A stretch of 64,000 nt of DNA. Origin: an uncultured Alphaproteobacteria bacterium (GTDB lineage Bacteria > Pseudomonadota > Alphaproteobacteria > Rs-D84). The DNA is taken from assembly GCA_944389515.1 (NCBI GenBank), contig CALXMQ010000005.1, positions 16,826 through 80,825 of the forward strand, read 5' to 3'. Positions 49,695 through 58,369 of this stretch are shown piece after piece (position 1 is the stretch's first letter; every line of letters starts with the position of its first letter). Below the pieces are notes generated by a model. It did no database searches and was not told where the DNA came from. It worked only from the letters and a program-made list of their open reading frames with translations. The translations under genes and the position numbers were made by a program.

Positions 49695-50368
49695 AATGCA
49701 TTTCCACTGTTTATCGGCGGATAACACGTGCCACCATCATCTGGGCAACATGCAAACACCAGATTTCCCATATCTGTAAACGTTTCCCCCGTGCAGCATC
49801 CAAATTGGTTTGGCTTGCTGCCGTCTTCGCATAACCCAGACGAAACATTACGTGCCGCGGTTTCAGCATCAACAACAACAGATTCAGATTTATCAATTTC
49901 TGTGCAATCTGCATCATATTGATTTTGCAACGGCGCTATTTCTGCATCAGACGCATCATTATTTAACATCATATCTATGTCAGATTTCAATTCAGCACAC
50001 AAATCTTGACGTTTGCCCAGATATTCATTTAATACAGATTTTACAGTAACCACAACTGTTTCAACTGTCGATGTGGTTTCCACCGCCGCCGGCGTCGGCG
50101 TTGCAATCACAGACGCCGCAGACACACGACTGGCAGTTGTTGTGCGCCGCCCAGCCGCAGATTTAGAACAATCGGCACGATATTTTGCCTGTAACTGAGC
50201 CAATTCTGCACTTTGTGATTCATCAGTTGATTCCAACGCTGTCAATTCACTGATGCGCGACCGCAATGTTGTGCAATCAGTTCTGTCACTGACATCTGCT
50301 GCAACCACTGGGGCGCATATGATACACATTACCAATACAGAAAATATTTTTTTCATTTTTTTATTCAT
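49691..50368 (-). CDS. Secreted protein with two C...YxxxC helical modules and a C-terminal 6-Cys domain
   Basis: Signal peptide, Thr-rich linker, CEDGSKPNQFGCCTGETFTDMGNLVFACCPDDGGTCYPPI. Confidence 0.75.
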   Translation of the reverse strand: MNKKMKKIFSVLVMCIICAPVVAADVSDRTDCTTLRSRISELTALESTDESQSAELAQLQAKYRADCSKSAAGRRTTTASRVSAASVIATPTPAAVETTSTVETVVVTVKSVLNEYLGKRQDLCAELKSDIDMMLNNDASDAEIAPLQNQYDADCTEIDKSESVVVDAETAARNVSSGLCEDGSKPNQFGCCTGETFTDMGNLVFACCPDDGGTCYPPINSGNAL

Positions 50369-51071
50369 TTATTATTTGTTCCATTTGCAGGATAAAATCC
50401 GTTGCCGGATCTATCAGTTTTTCAATTTTGTTCAAGAAAGCCTGGGCTTCACGCTGCATATCCAGTTTTTTGAACGTATCAATTACAATTTCTGTATCAC
50501 TTTGCCTGAAACTTTCTTCGGGTTGCAGCGCCGTTGCAATTTCCAATTCACGTAACGCCAATGTTTTATACATATCCGTATTTTCTGCACATCCCTTATC
50601 CGCCAATGTGCTGTATGTATCTGCATTTGCCAAATGATCTAAATAATAAGTACTGTCTTCTGGATTCAAACGATGTTTTAACAACTGTTCAATACGTGCA
50701 CACGTAGATATTATTTCTGGATGATTTGTCACAGCTGGTTTAACCGCACGTTCAATTATAACCAACCGCCCAGCACACCCATCAGAATACGCCGCATTTA
50801 ATTCATCCAAAGTCTGGGCATCTTCGGCTGTTGCGCCACGTTGGGTAATAGATACAATTTCATTTGCAATCGCATCACATTGTGCCACATCCAACGATTG
50901 CCGCATATCATCTGTTGGCCGATATGTCAGTCCTAAAATCAAACCACACGCAAACAACCCAGCCAACGCAACCGCGCCCCAGATTTTATGCCCCAAACTG
51001 CAACAATTTACTGGGCATTCTGCCGTTTTTTTTGCCTTGGCGTTTTTTGTTACCTTGGTTGCTTTTTTCAT
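50361..51071 (-). CDS. Membrane-anchored protein with Cys-bracketed helical modules
   Basis: Lys-rich N-terminus, TM helix, NADTYSTLADKGCAEN...RELEIATALQP shared with the 48595 gene. Confidence 0.75.
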   Translation of the reverse strand: MKKATKVTKNAKAKKTAECPVNCCSLGHKIWGAVALAGLFACGLILGLTYRPTDDMRQSLDVAQCDAIANEIVSITQRGATAEDAQTLDELNAAYSDGCAGRLVIIERAVKPAVTNHPEIISTCARIEQLLKHRLNPEDSTYYLDHLANADTYSTLADKGCAENTDMYKTLALRELEIATALQPEESFRQSDTEIVIDTFKKLDMQREAQAFLNKIEKLIDPATDFILQMEQIINE

Positions 51072-51096
51072 AACTTTCCCCCCTGCTTTATATATA

Positions 51097-51813
51097 TTAT
51101 TGCACAATTCCGTCATGAATTGTAATATTTTTATCAGCACGCGATGCTAAATTCATATCATGCGTTACGAACAGCATCGCCATTTTTTGCTTGCGCGCCA
51201 AATCCAGCAACAAATCAAACACTGTTGCTGCATGCGCCGGATCCAAACTGCCGGTTGGTTCATCTGCCAACAAAATTTCTGGATTATTTGCCAATGCACG
51301 CGCCACCGCTGTGCGCTGTTGTTCACCCCCAGACATTTCACCTGGCAAATGCGATGCACGATGTGCAACATTTGCCGCACGCAGTAATTTCATCGCACGC
51401 GCATTTGCCGCCCGTTCATCAACACCATTTGCCAACATTGGCAAAACAACATTTTCCAGCGCAGTAAAATCCGCCAATAAATTATGCCGCTGATACACAA
51501 ATCCAATTTTGCGCCGACGCATATACGTGCGCATTTCATCATCCATTTTTTGTACCGGTGTACCATCCAGCAAAATACTGCCACTGGTGGGCTTGTCCAA
51601 TAATCCAACACATTGCAATAACGTTGATTTACCACTGCCCGACGGCCCAACCAGTGCGATAATTTCCCCCCGATGCAAATCAAATCCACCACCGCGCAGA
51701 ATATGTAACGGTTGACCACCTTCGATAAAAGTTTTTTTAATATCGCGCACCGACAAAACAACATCGCCCTGCTTTACCTTGGACAAAGAATTTAATATAT
51801 TTGCCATTTGCAT
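51097..51813 (-). CDS. lolD: Lipoprotein-releasing ABC transporter ATPase
   Basis: GPSGSGKST, GFVYQRHNLL.DFTALENV, MSGGEQQR, ADEPTG; follows lolE. Confidence 0.9.
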   Translation of the reverse strand: MQMANILNSLSKVKQGDVVLSVRDIKKTFIEGGQPLHILRGGGFDLHRGEIIALVGPSGSGKSTLLQCVGLLDKPTSGSILLDGTPVQKMDDEMRTYMRRRKIGFVYQRHNLLADFTALENVVLPMLANGVDERAANARAMKLLRAANVAHRASHLPGEMSGGEQQRTAVARALANNPEILLADEPTGSLDPAHAATVFDLLLDLARKQKMAMLFVTHDMNLASRADKNITIHDGIVQ

Positions 51814-51821
51814 ATTTCCTT

Positions 51822-53075
51822 TTATTCGTTACGCAATACATCCACAGGATCCGTACTGGCGGCCTTCCACGCAGGATACAAAGTCGCTAAAAACGCCAAC
51901 AGCACTGCAATCAATGCGATACCAACAACATCAGTCACCACCAATTTTGACGGCAATTCTGACAAATAATATAATTCTGCTGGGAACAAATCACGTCCTG
52001 TGGCCCATTGAAAGAATTGACGTATCGGTTCAATATATATTGCAATTAAAACCCCAAATATCGTACCAAACGCCGCCCCCAGCACACCAATACTGGTACC
52101 AGACAAAATAAATATTTTCATCATAGAACGCCGTGACACACCAAATGTTCGCAACACCGCAATATCTTTGGATTTATCTTTGACCAACATCACCAAACTG
52201 GACACGATATTAAATGCCGCCACAATCACAATCAGCATCAATATTAAAAACATAACATTTGATTCAACCTGCAACGCGCCAACAAAACCACGATTCAAAT
52301 CACGCCAATCACGCACAACAAAACCATCCGGCAACAGATTTGCCAACGCATCACGCACCGCGGTTGTTTCTTCGGGATCGTGCAAGAATAAATCTATATG
52401 TGTAACAGCCCCCGGTATATTCAAATACTTTTGCGCAGTTTCCAACGGCATAAATATATACCCAGAATCATATTCATACATCCCCATAAAAAACGAAGAC
52501 ATAACTGGATACGACATAATCCGCGGCATAGACCCAAATGGTGTCGGCGTTGCATTATTTGCAGACACCAAAGAAATATTGTCCCCCATACCAACACTCA
52601 GCGCACGGGTCAGCGACGCCCCAGCAACCAATTCGCCATCTGCAATTTTATCTAATGGTTTGCCATAAATCCGTGTCCCAGTTGTTGTTTTGGCCGCCAA
52701 ATCAGACATACGAATTCCACGTATCATTGCGCCCGTATTGCGTCCATTTGCAGACGCCATAACCTGGCCTTCGGCAATGGGAACAATACCAACAGTATTT
52801 GTGGCCACAACTTTGTTCTGGCGCATTTTATCAATCAAGAAATCATAATCTGTTATCGCACCATCTTGGTGATAAACAACCACATGACCGTTCATACCAA
52901 CAATGCGTGATAACAACGTATCATGAAATCCCCCCATCACAGACATAACGACAATCAGCGTCGCCACACCCAACATAATACCAATCAACGACACCCATGA
53001 TATAACAGACCCAAACCCACGTCGCCGCGCGCCCAGATATCTAAATGCAATTTTTGCTTCTAATTTCGAAAACAT
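51822..53075 (-). CDS. lolE: Lipoprotein-releasing ABC transporter permease (LolC/E type)
   Basis: GIMLGVATLIVVMSVMGGF, GMYEYD, VAAFNIVSSLVMLVKDK, LYPAWKAA. Confidence 0.92.
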   Translation of the reverse strand: MFSKLEAKIAFRYLGARRRGFGSVISWVSLIGIMLGVATLIVVMSVMGGFHDTLLSRIVGMNGHVVVYHQDGAITDYDFLIDKMRQNKVVATNTVGIVPIAEGQVMASANGRNTGAMIRGIRMSDLAAKTTTGTRIYGKPLDKIADGELVAGASLTRALSVGMGDNISLVSANNATPTPFGSMPRIMSYPVMSSFFMGMYEYDSGYIFMPLETAQKYLNIPGAVTHIDLFLHDPEETTAVRDALANLLPDGFVVRDWRDLNRGFVGALQVESNVMFLILMLIVIVAAFNIVSSLVMLVKDKSKDIAVLRTFGVSRRSMMKIFILSGTSIGVLGAAFGTIFGVLIAIYIEPIRQFFQWATGRDLFPAELYYLSELPSKLVVTDVVGIALIAVLLAFLATLYPAWKAASTDPVDVLRNE

Positions 53076-54431
53076 TTATAACCCCTGTGTATCCGCGCCC
53101 AAGAAATCACGTAACGCGTCACCAACCAATGGTATATCAGACCCCATGGGCATTTTAGCCGCATCCACAATCGAAATTATACGTGGCGACATAAACACAA
53201 CCAGTTCTGCAAACGGACTGATAAGTGTTTCTGGTGTTGTCACGAACGAATGTGTTGGAATACCAATTATCACATAATTATCACCAACATCAGACGGAAT
53301 ATTAAAAGAAGACAATTCACCGTTACTGGTACGCAGAACAATTTTTGCATCTATTTTATTTTTACCACCATAATCACCATATGTCCCAGTTGCACCAATT
53401 ACTAAATCTGTTTCCAATCTGTCTTCTTTGCTGCATTGCCCGATATCAAACCGCGATTGCCACCCATTTGGAATAACAAAGGTTCCCTGTGAAATCAAAA
53501 CCACATTAGACTGCTGTGATAAAAATTCTTGCAACGTTTTTGTATTGATTTCCGGACTGACCACCAGCGCACGTCCCACAACACCCGGAATAGACATTTT
53601 AATATTCTTGTCCCCAAATGCCGGCAATAAATTCATCCAAATAATTGGATTATCCGTCCGTGGATACACACGATAAACATCAATATCCCACGCAATCATA
53701 TATTTTTTTGATGCAATATCAGAAATTATTTTTGAAACTTCGCGTTCTGTTTGATAATTACCTTCGAACACCATTGTTTTATCTTGCCAATCAACCAACA
53801 GATTACGAACATCCGCGCCATGCATTGCATCCAACAGCGCCATTATAATACTTTCGTTTTTCGGCATTTTTATCATCCACTTTGCGCGATGATCCAAATG
53901 AATTTCTGCATTTACCGCATCATACGAATAATACGCACGCCCCATTTTTGCCATCAATTCCACACTGTCTGACAAATTCCCAGCCGTAATAGACCCAGAT
54001 ATCGTTTCCGTCAATTCACCATCTTCGATAACAGAAATATCCGTACCTTCTAATAACTTGTCCAACGCTTCTTTGACAGTCAACTGTTCAAATTCATAAT
54101 CTGTCACTTGCAAATCAGGCAACGCATCACCAACCCCCAATCGCACAATTTCAATCGGTTCTTCGGGCACAACAGAAACGACCGTCTGATTATCCCAATC
54201 AACCGTGCAACGTTTTGGTAATTCGATTGAAAAACGTTGGGCTGTATCAGTGGTCAATGCCGCCTTTTTCGGAAATATAGGCACTGAATTTTCATCAATA
54301 ACAAAGTTTTCAACAACATTGATTGTATCATATTGCGGAATATTTTCTTGCTGACGTTGTGCGCATCCAGCAACCACGACCACGCATGACAACGCAACAA
54401 TAAATCCACATAACTTTTTGATTATTTTCAT
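53076..54431 (-). CDS. Secretin-like outer-membrane lipoprotein
   Basis: Lipobox VAGC; N0-like LTVKEALDKLL; N3-like VDWQDKTMVFEG; secretin-like FLSQQSNVVLISQGTFVIPNG and ELVVFMSPRII. Confidence 0.65.
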   Translation of the reverse strand: MKIIKKLCGFIVALSCVVVVAGCAQRQQENIPQYDTINVVENFVIDENSVPIFPKKAALTTDTAQRFSIELPKRCTVDWDNQTVVSVVPEEPIEIVRLGVGDALPDLQVTDYEFEQLTVKEALDKLLEGTDISVIEDGELTETISGSITAGNLSDSVELMAKMGRAYYSYDAVNAEIHLDHRAKWMIKMPKNESIIMALLDAMHGADVRNLLVDWQDKTMVFEGNYQTEREVSKIISDIASKKYMIAWDIDVYRVYPRTDNPIIWMNLLPAFGDKNIKMSIPGVVGRALVVSPEINTKTLQEFLSQQSNVVLISQGTFVIPNGWQSRFDIGQCSKEDRLETDLVIGATGTYGDYGGKNKIDAKIVLRTSNGELSSFNIPSDVGDNYVIIGIPTHSFVTTPETLISPFAELVVFMSPRIISIVDAAKMPMGSDIPLVGDALRDFLGADTQGL

Positions 54432-54443
54432 GTTGTCCCCTTT

Positions 54444-54770
54444 TCAGATATTCATAACCCGTTCAAATTCTTCTAGTGTCATTTCATATATTGGCTTTTG
54501 CGATGGCGTTACCAAATCTTTGACACGTGCATATTGTTCACCAAATTTTTTTATTACATTGGCAACATCAGCCGGCACAGCATTTTTATTTGCATCCATC
54601 AAACGCCGCCCATATTCATAAACATATTCTAACACATCAGCCAAACAAAATCGTCCGACATAATTTTCCATTGCAATTCCGCCCTTTTGCACGCATATTG
54701 CGGACATAACCATCGTCATCTGGTTATAAAAATTTGCCAGTTTAATAAAGTTTTGAACTGTTATCGCCAT
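54444..54770 (-). CDS. Hypothetical protein
   Basis: 108-aa ORF with AGGA SD, 12 nt upstream of the secretin-like gene. Confidence 0.65.
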   Translation of the reverse strand: MAITVQNFIKLANFYNQMTMVMSAICVQKGGIAMENYVGRFCLADVLEYVYEYGRRLMDANKNAVPADVANVIKKFGEQYARVKDLVTPSQKPIYEMTLEEFERVMNI

Positions 54771-54847
54771 ATGTGTTTCCTATATTCTCTTTTCCCCTAT
54801 TATAAAAACTATTGCCCCACCAAGGCAATTAAATTATAATATAAAAC

Positions 54848-55228
54848 ATGAGATTTCGGTACATTGTTTTTGCACTTGTTTTATCCGCATGTGCGTCGGC
54901 AAATCGTGGCAGTATTGATGACGCCACAATTTTGAATTGGGAAAATGAATCCGTCACTATGGAACAATTTGTCCGTGACCATAAATCATGCCTAGGGATA
55001 AACGAACCATCATATATGCCACGTTCACGCATTGCAAAACTGTTGTCCCCGAACCAAAGCAGTATTATGCCTGATTGGGACGGATTATGGGTAACATTTC
55101 AATCAAACGAATATCGTGATATTGGTCAACGTGCATTATTGTCTGTACCACGTAATACAACATCAAAATCTGTGGGGGCATACCGTAAATGCATGTTCCG
55201 ACGCGGATATTTATTACGCGCAATGTAA
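54848..55228 (+). CDS. Putative lipoprotein
   Basis: Lipobox LSAC, QFVRDHKSC and YRKCMFRRGY; TTGCCC-17-TATAAT promoter. Confidence 0.75.
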   Translation: MRFRYIVFALVLSACASANRGSIDDATILNWENESVTMEQFVRDHKSCLGINEPSYMPRSRIAKLLSPNQSSIMPDWDGLWVTFQSNEYRDIGQRALLSVPRNTTSKSVGAYRKCMFRRGYLLRAM

Positions 55229-55290
55229 TTTTGATGTATTTTTGCGCCCTGGTCTTTTCAATTACATGATTTTGTGATATAATTAAACGC

Positions 55291-55971
55291 ATGAAACGTT
55301 CAATATGGTTTTGGCTATATTTTATCATAGCAATTATACTGGCGGTATATTTTGCTACGCGCATTGTCATGATTTCAACAGGACGCAGTGAATTATCATA
55401 TGTACGCCGCATATCATTATCCACAGACACCCCGAACAAGGATTTAAGTCAAATTGTAACTGCGGCCGCGGTTGCACCTGGCACACGTGCATCTGGCCAA
55501 ACATTGACCAATATAAATTCACGCATTATGGCAACACCTGGGGTAAAAAATTCCGCCACACGCAGATTACCAGACGGAAATTTATCCATCCATGTTGAAC
55601 TATACCAGGCGGTCGCCCAATGGACAGATGGTCAACAATATTATCCTTTGGCCGCAGATGGAACAATCGTAAATCGTCCAACCACAACACGCAGTCCGAA
55701 TACAATCGTATTTCGTGGCGATGTTCCAGACGACATATCTGAAATAACACATACTGCACAAAGTATTTCCAATAATTTAGATTATTTGGAATTCATTGAA
55801 AACAGGCGTTGGAATTTACATACAACTGATGGAATTACCGTTATGTTACCTGAACAAAATCCATCATCCGCCATCGCCAGTTTAATTGTATTAAATAAAA
55901 ATCATCAAATTTTATCCAAAGATATTGATGTAATAGATATGCGCGATGATGCACGAATATTGGTAAAATAA
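55291..55971 (+). CDS. ftsQ: Cell division protein FtsQ/DivIB
   Basis: N-terminal TM helix, POTRA (PGVKNSATRRLPD), RRWNL, DMRD; upstream of ftsA. Confidence 0.88.
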   Translation: MKRSIWFWLYFIIAIILAVYFATRIVMISTGRSELSYVRRISLSTDTPNKDLSQIVTAAAVAPGTRASGQTLTNINSRIMATPGVKNSATRRLPDGNLSIHVELYQAVAQWTDGQQYYPLAADGTIVNRPTTTRSPNTIVFRGDVPDDISEITHTAQSISNNLDYLEFIENRRWNLHTTDGITVMLPEQNPSSAIASLIVLNKNHQILSKDIDVIDMRDDARILVK

Positions 55972-55980
55972 AAAAACAAA

Positions 55981-57756
55981 ATGAACCTGGCGGATTCATC
56001 TTTTTTATGCCTTGATATTGGAACCAGTGGCGTACGTGGTATTGCCCATCGTGTTCGTAACGGAAAAATTGCAAAATCTGCTACATATTCTGTGGACAGT
56101 TTTGATACCGTTTTCGCATTAAAATCTGTAATTGATGAATTAGAACACCAAATTGGCGATCATTTTGACAATGCGTATATAACTGGAAATCTGGGGCCTG
56201 CGTTATTCAAAATCAGCCCTAAAATAAAAAAATGGCGTGGCGAACATAAAATAACCCAATCCGACATTGGATCTATGATTGGGCAAATAACACCACCTGA
56301 TGGTTTTTATCCGATACATATAATACCGTTACGATACGAAACACCAAACATACCAAAATTATATACCCCGATTGGATACACAGATGTTGGATTGACGGCA
56401 ATATTTGGTGCAATATTTTATTCATACGAACAACTGGAAAAATTGACATCAATACTACACGACGCCCACATCCAACCGAATTCTTTTTATGATGCGCAAT
56501 TCCTGCAAAACATAAAATATCATCAGCAAAAAAATGCCGAATTATATATTGATTTTGGTGCTGAATTTACCAGTATTTCAATATGGCTTGATAACGGTCC
56601 AATATTCTTTCAAAAGATTCCATTTGGTGGCACAGACATTTCACGCGACATATCAGAAAAATTAAATATCAGTTTTGATGATGCCGAACGAATAAAACGC
56701 AATGTGGCCAGTTTAATGCCCAAAGATATGGACAGATTTACACCTGCGGATACCGCATACGATTTTTCACGCGCAGATATAAATAATATCTTGGTTCCAA
56801 ACATGATTGATTTATGCGGCCGAATCAAAGATGCATGCACCACCCCGTTCAAACATCGCACACCAAACAAAATTATTATTTCTGGTGGTGGCGCAGAAAT
56901 TAATTTTATTGGCGACTTTATTGAAAACATGTTTGGAATACCTGTGGAAAACGTTCATGCAAATGCATCTGTGGATGCATTATCTGAACACATATGGAAC
57001 GCAGAACTGCCACACCGTAATGCATATGTTGCCCGTCATCAACGTATAACAAATATATTTTCACATATAACGTCTGTATTAAAGCCGCGACAAAAAAAAC
57101 AACAAATTAAATTTATACCAATTATGCCCAGCACATTGTGCTTTGACATGAAAAACGCATCAACATATTCAATGTTTCGCGCAGGCGGCATATCAATGAT
57201 TCATGTGGACATAATGGACGGTTTGTATGTCGAAAATATTCGCGGCAGCATACCTGAATTAAAATATATCCGTGGCCATACAACGGCCCATCTGCACGTG
57301 CATTTAATGACAGAAAGTCCTGATGTATGGGCGTCTGACGCCATTGCTGCTGGGGCAAATACAATAATTGTATCAACAAACACATCTGGGGTTCGGGCGG
57401 CATTACGCATGATACGCGCCGCCGGCCGACGTGCAGGTATTGCATTAAACCCTGATTCATCCATTGAAATATTAAAACCAATATTACGTGAAATTGACGA
57501 AGTTATGATTATGGCGGTTACCCCGGGTGCATCTGGCCAAGAATTTAATGACGCGTGCCTGCATAAAATTTCTGTATTGGCGGCAACACGTAAAAAATAT
57601 GGATTAAAATATTTAATATCTGTGGATGGTGGAATAAACGAACAAACCGCCCAAAAATGTTGGGCCGCCGGCGCAGATTTATTAGTCAGCGGATCATATC
57701 TGGCACACAGTGCTGATTTCCCATTGGCAGTTCAAAGTTTATTACGCAAAAAATAA
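55981..57756 (+). CDS. ftsA: FtsA fused to C-terminal ribulose-phosphate 3-epimerase (Rpe)
   Basis: FtsA: LDIGTS, IDFGAEFT, GGTDISRDI, AERIK, ISGGGA. Rpe from about aa 378: HVDIMDG, VHLM, GIALNP, MAVTPG..GQ, VDGGIN, GAD..VSGS. Confidence 0.88.
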   Translation: MNLADSSFLCLDIGTSGVRGIAHRVRNGKIAKSATYSVDSFDTVFALKSVIDELEHQIGDHFDNAYITGNLGPALFKISPKIKKWRGEHKITQSDIGSMIGQITPPDGFYPIHIIPLRYETPNIPKLYTPIGYTDVGLTAIFGAIFYSYEQLEKLTSILHDAHIQPNSFYDAQFLQNIKYHQQKNAELYIDFGAEFTSISIWLDNGPIFFQKIPFGGTDISRDISEKLNISFDDAERIKRNVASLMPKDMDRFTPADTAYDFSRADINNILVPNMIDLCGRIKDACTTPFKHRTPNKIIISGGGAEINFIGDFIENMFGIPVENVHANASVDALSEHIWNAELPHRNAYVARHQRITNIFSHITSVLKPRQKKQQIKFIPIMPSTLCFDMKNASTYSMFRAGGISMIHVDIMDGLYVENIRGSIPELKYIRGHTTAHLHVHLMTESPDVWASDAIAAGANTIIVSTNTSGVRAALRMIRAAGRRAGIALNPDSSIEILKPILREIDEVMIMAVTPGASGQEFNDACLHKISVLAATRKKYGLKYLISVDGGINEQTAQKCWAAGADLLVSGSYLAHSADFPLAVQSLLRKK

Positions 57757-57784
57757 ATCCTGGTTATCCCCCAGGATTTATTTT
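57750..57784. terminator. Bidirectional terminator
   Basis: aaaataaatcctgg/ccaggatttatttt. Confidence 0.75.
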
Positions 57785-57943
57785 ACAAACAGTGCATTTA
57801 TGGAAATTTGTATCCATAGGGATGTGGGTTCGGGGTCTTTTTGTTATCAAAAACCTCGGCTATGCAATGCTTGTGTGCAGACATTGTTATATTCCACACG
57901 ATTGCATCTGGCAATCAATTTTATCATACATGACACCCAATTA

Positions 57944-58366
57944 TTACGCAACAGGCACGTTTTCCTGGCCAACAACCAAATGTCGTATATCACCACTGCC
58001 AGATAAATATATATGTATTGTGTTATCCGGCAACATATCAGATGCGATTTCTGGCCACTCAATCAACGTTATATCATTTTGTAATGCATACGGTAAACCG
58101 ATTTCAACCAATTCAGATTTATCTTCGACACGATACAAATCAAAATGTGATATACCATCATAATTTTGTACGATTGTAAATGTCGGACTGGGGACAACAG
58201 TATCTGACCCACGTAAAGTCTGAATTATTGCACGCGCAATTTCAGATTTTCCCATCCCTAAATCACCATGCAATGCCACACATACTGGTGCATGTAATGT
58301 CTTGGCAAATTCACGCGCAAATTCACGCGTTTCATCAATATTTTTTAATTCATATGTTTTATTCAT
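57944..58366 (-). CDS. tsaE: tRNA threonylcarbamoyladenosine biosynthesis ATPase
   Basis: GDLGMGKS, VPSPTFT, HFDLYR, IEWP. Confidence 0.94.
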   Translation of the reverse strand: MNKTYELKNIDETREFAREFAKTLHAPVCVALHGDLGMGKSEIARAIIQTLRGSDTVVPSPTFTIVQNYDGISHFDLYRVEDKSELVEIGLPYALQNDITLIEWPEIASDMLPDNTIHIYLSGSGDIRHLVVGQENVPVA

Positions 58367-58369
58367 CTG

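Noticed and set aside
49446-49860. DGR template/variable repeat pair
   Set aside because: Both copies are coding, differences do not look adenine-specific, and no reverse transcriptase is present
57785-57874. SRP (4.5S) RNA
   Set aside because: Lacks the conserved domain IV motif with the GGAA tetraloop
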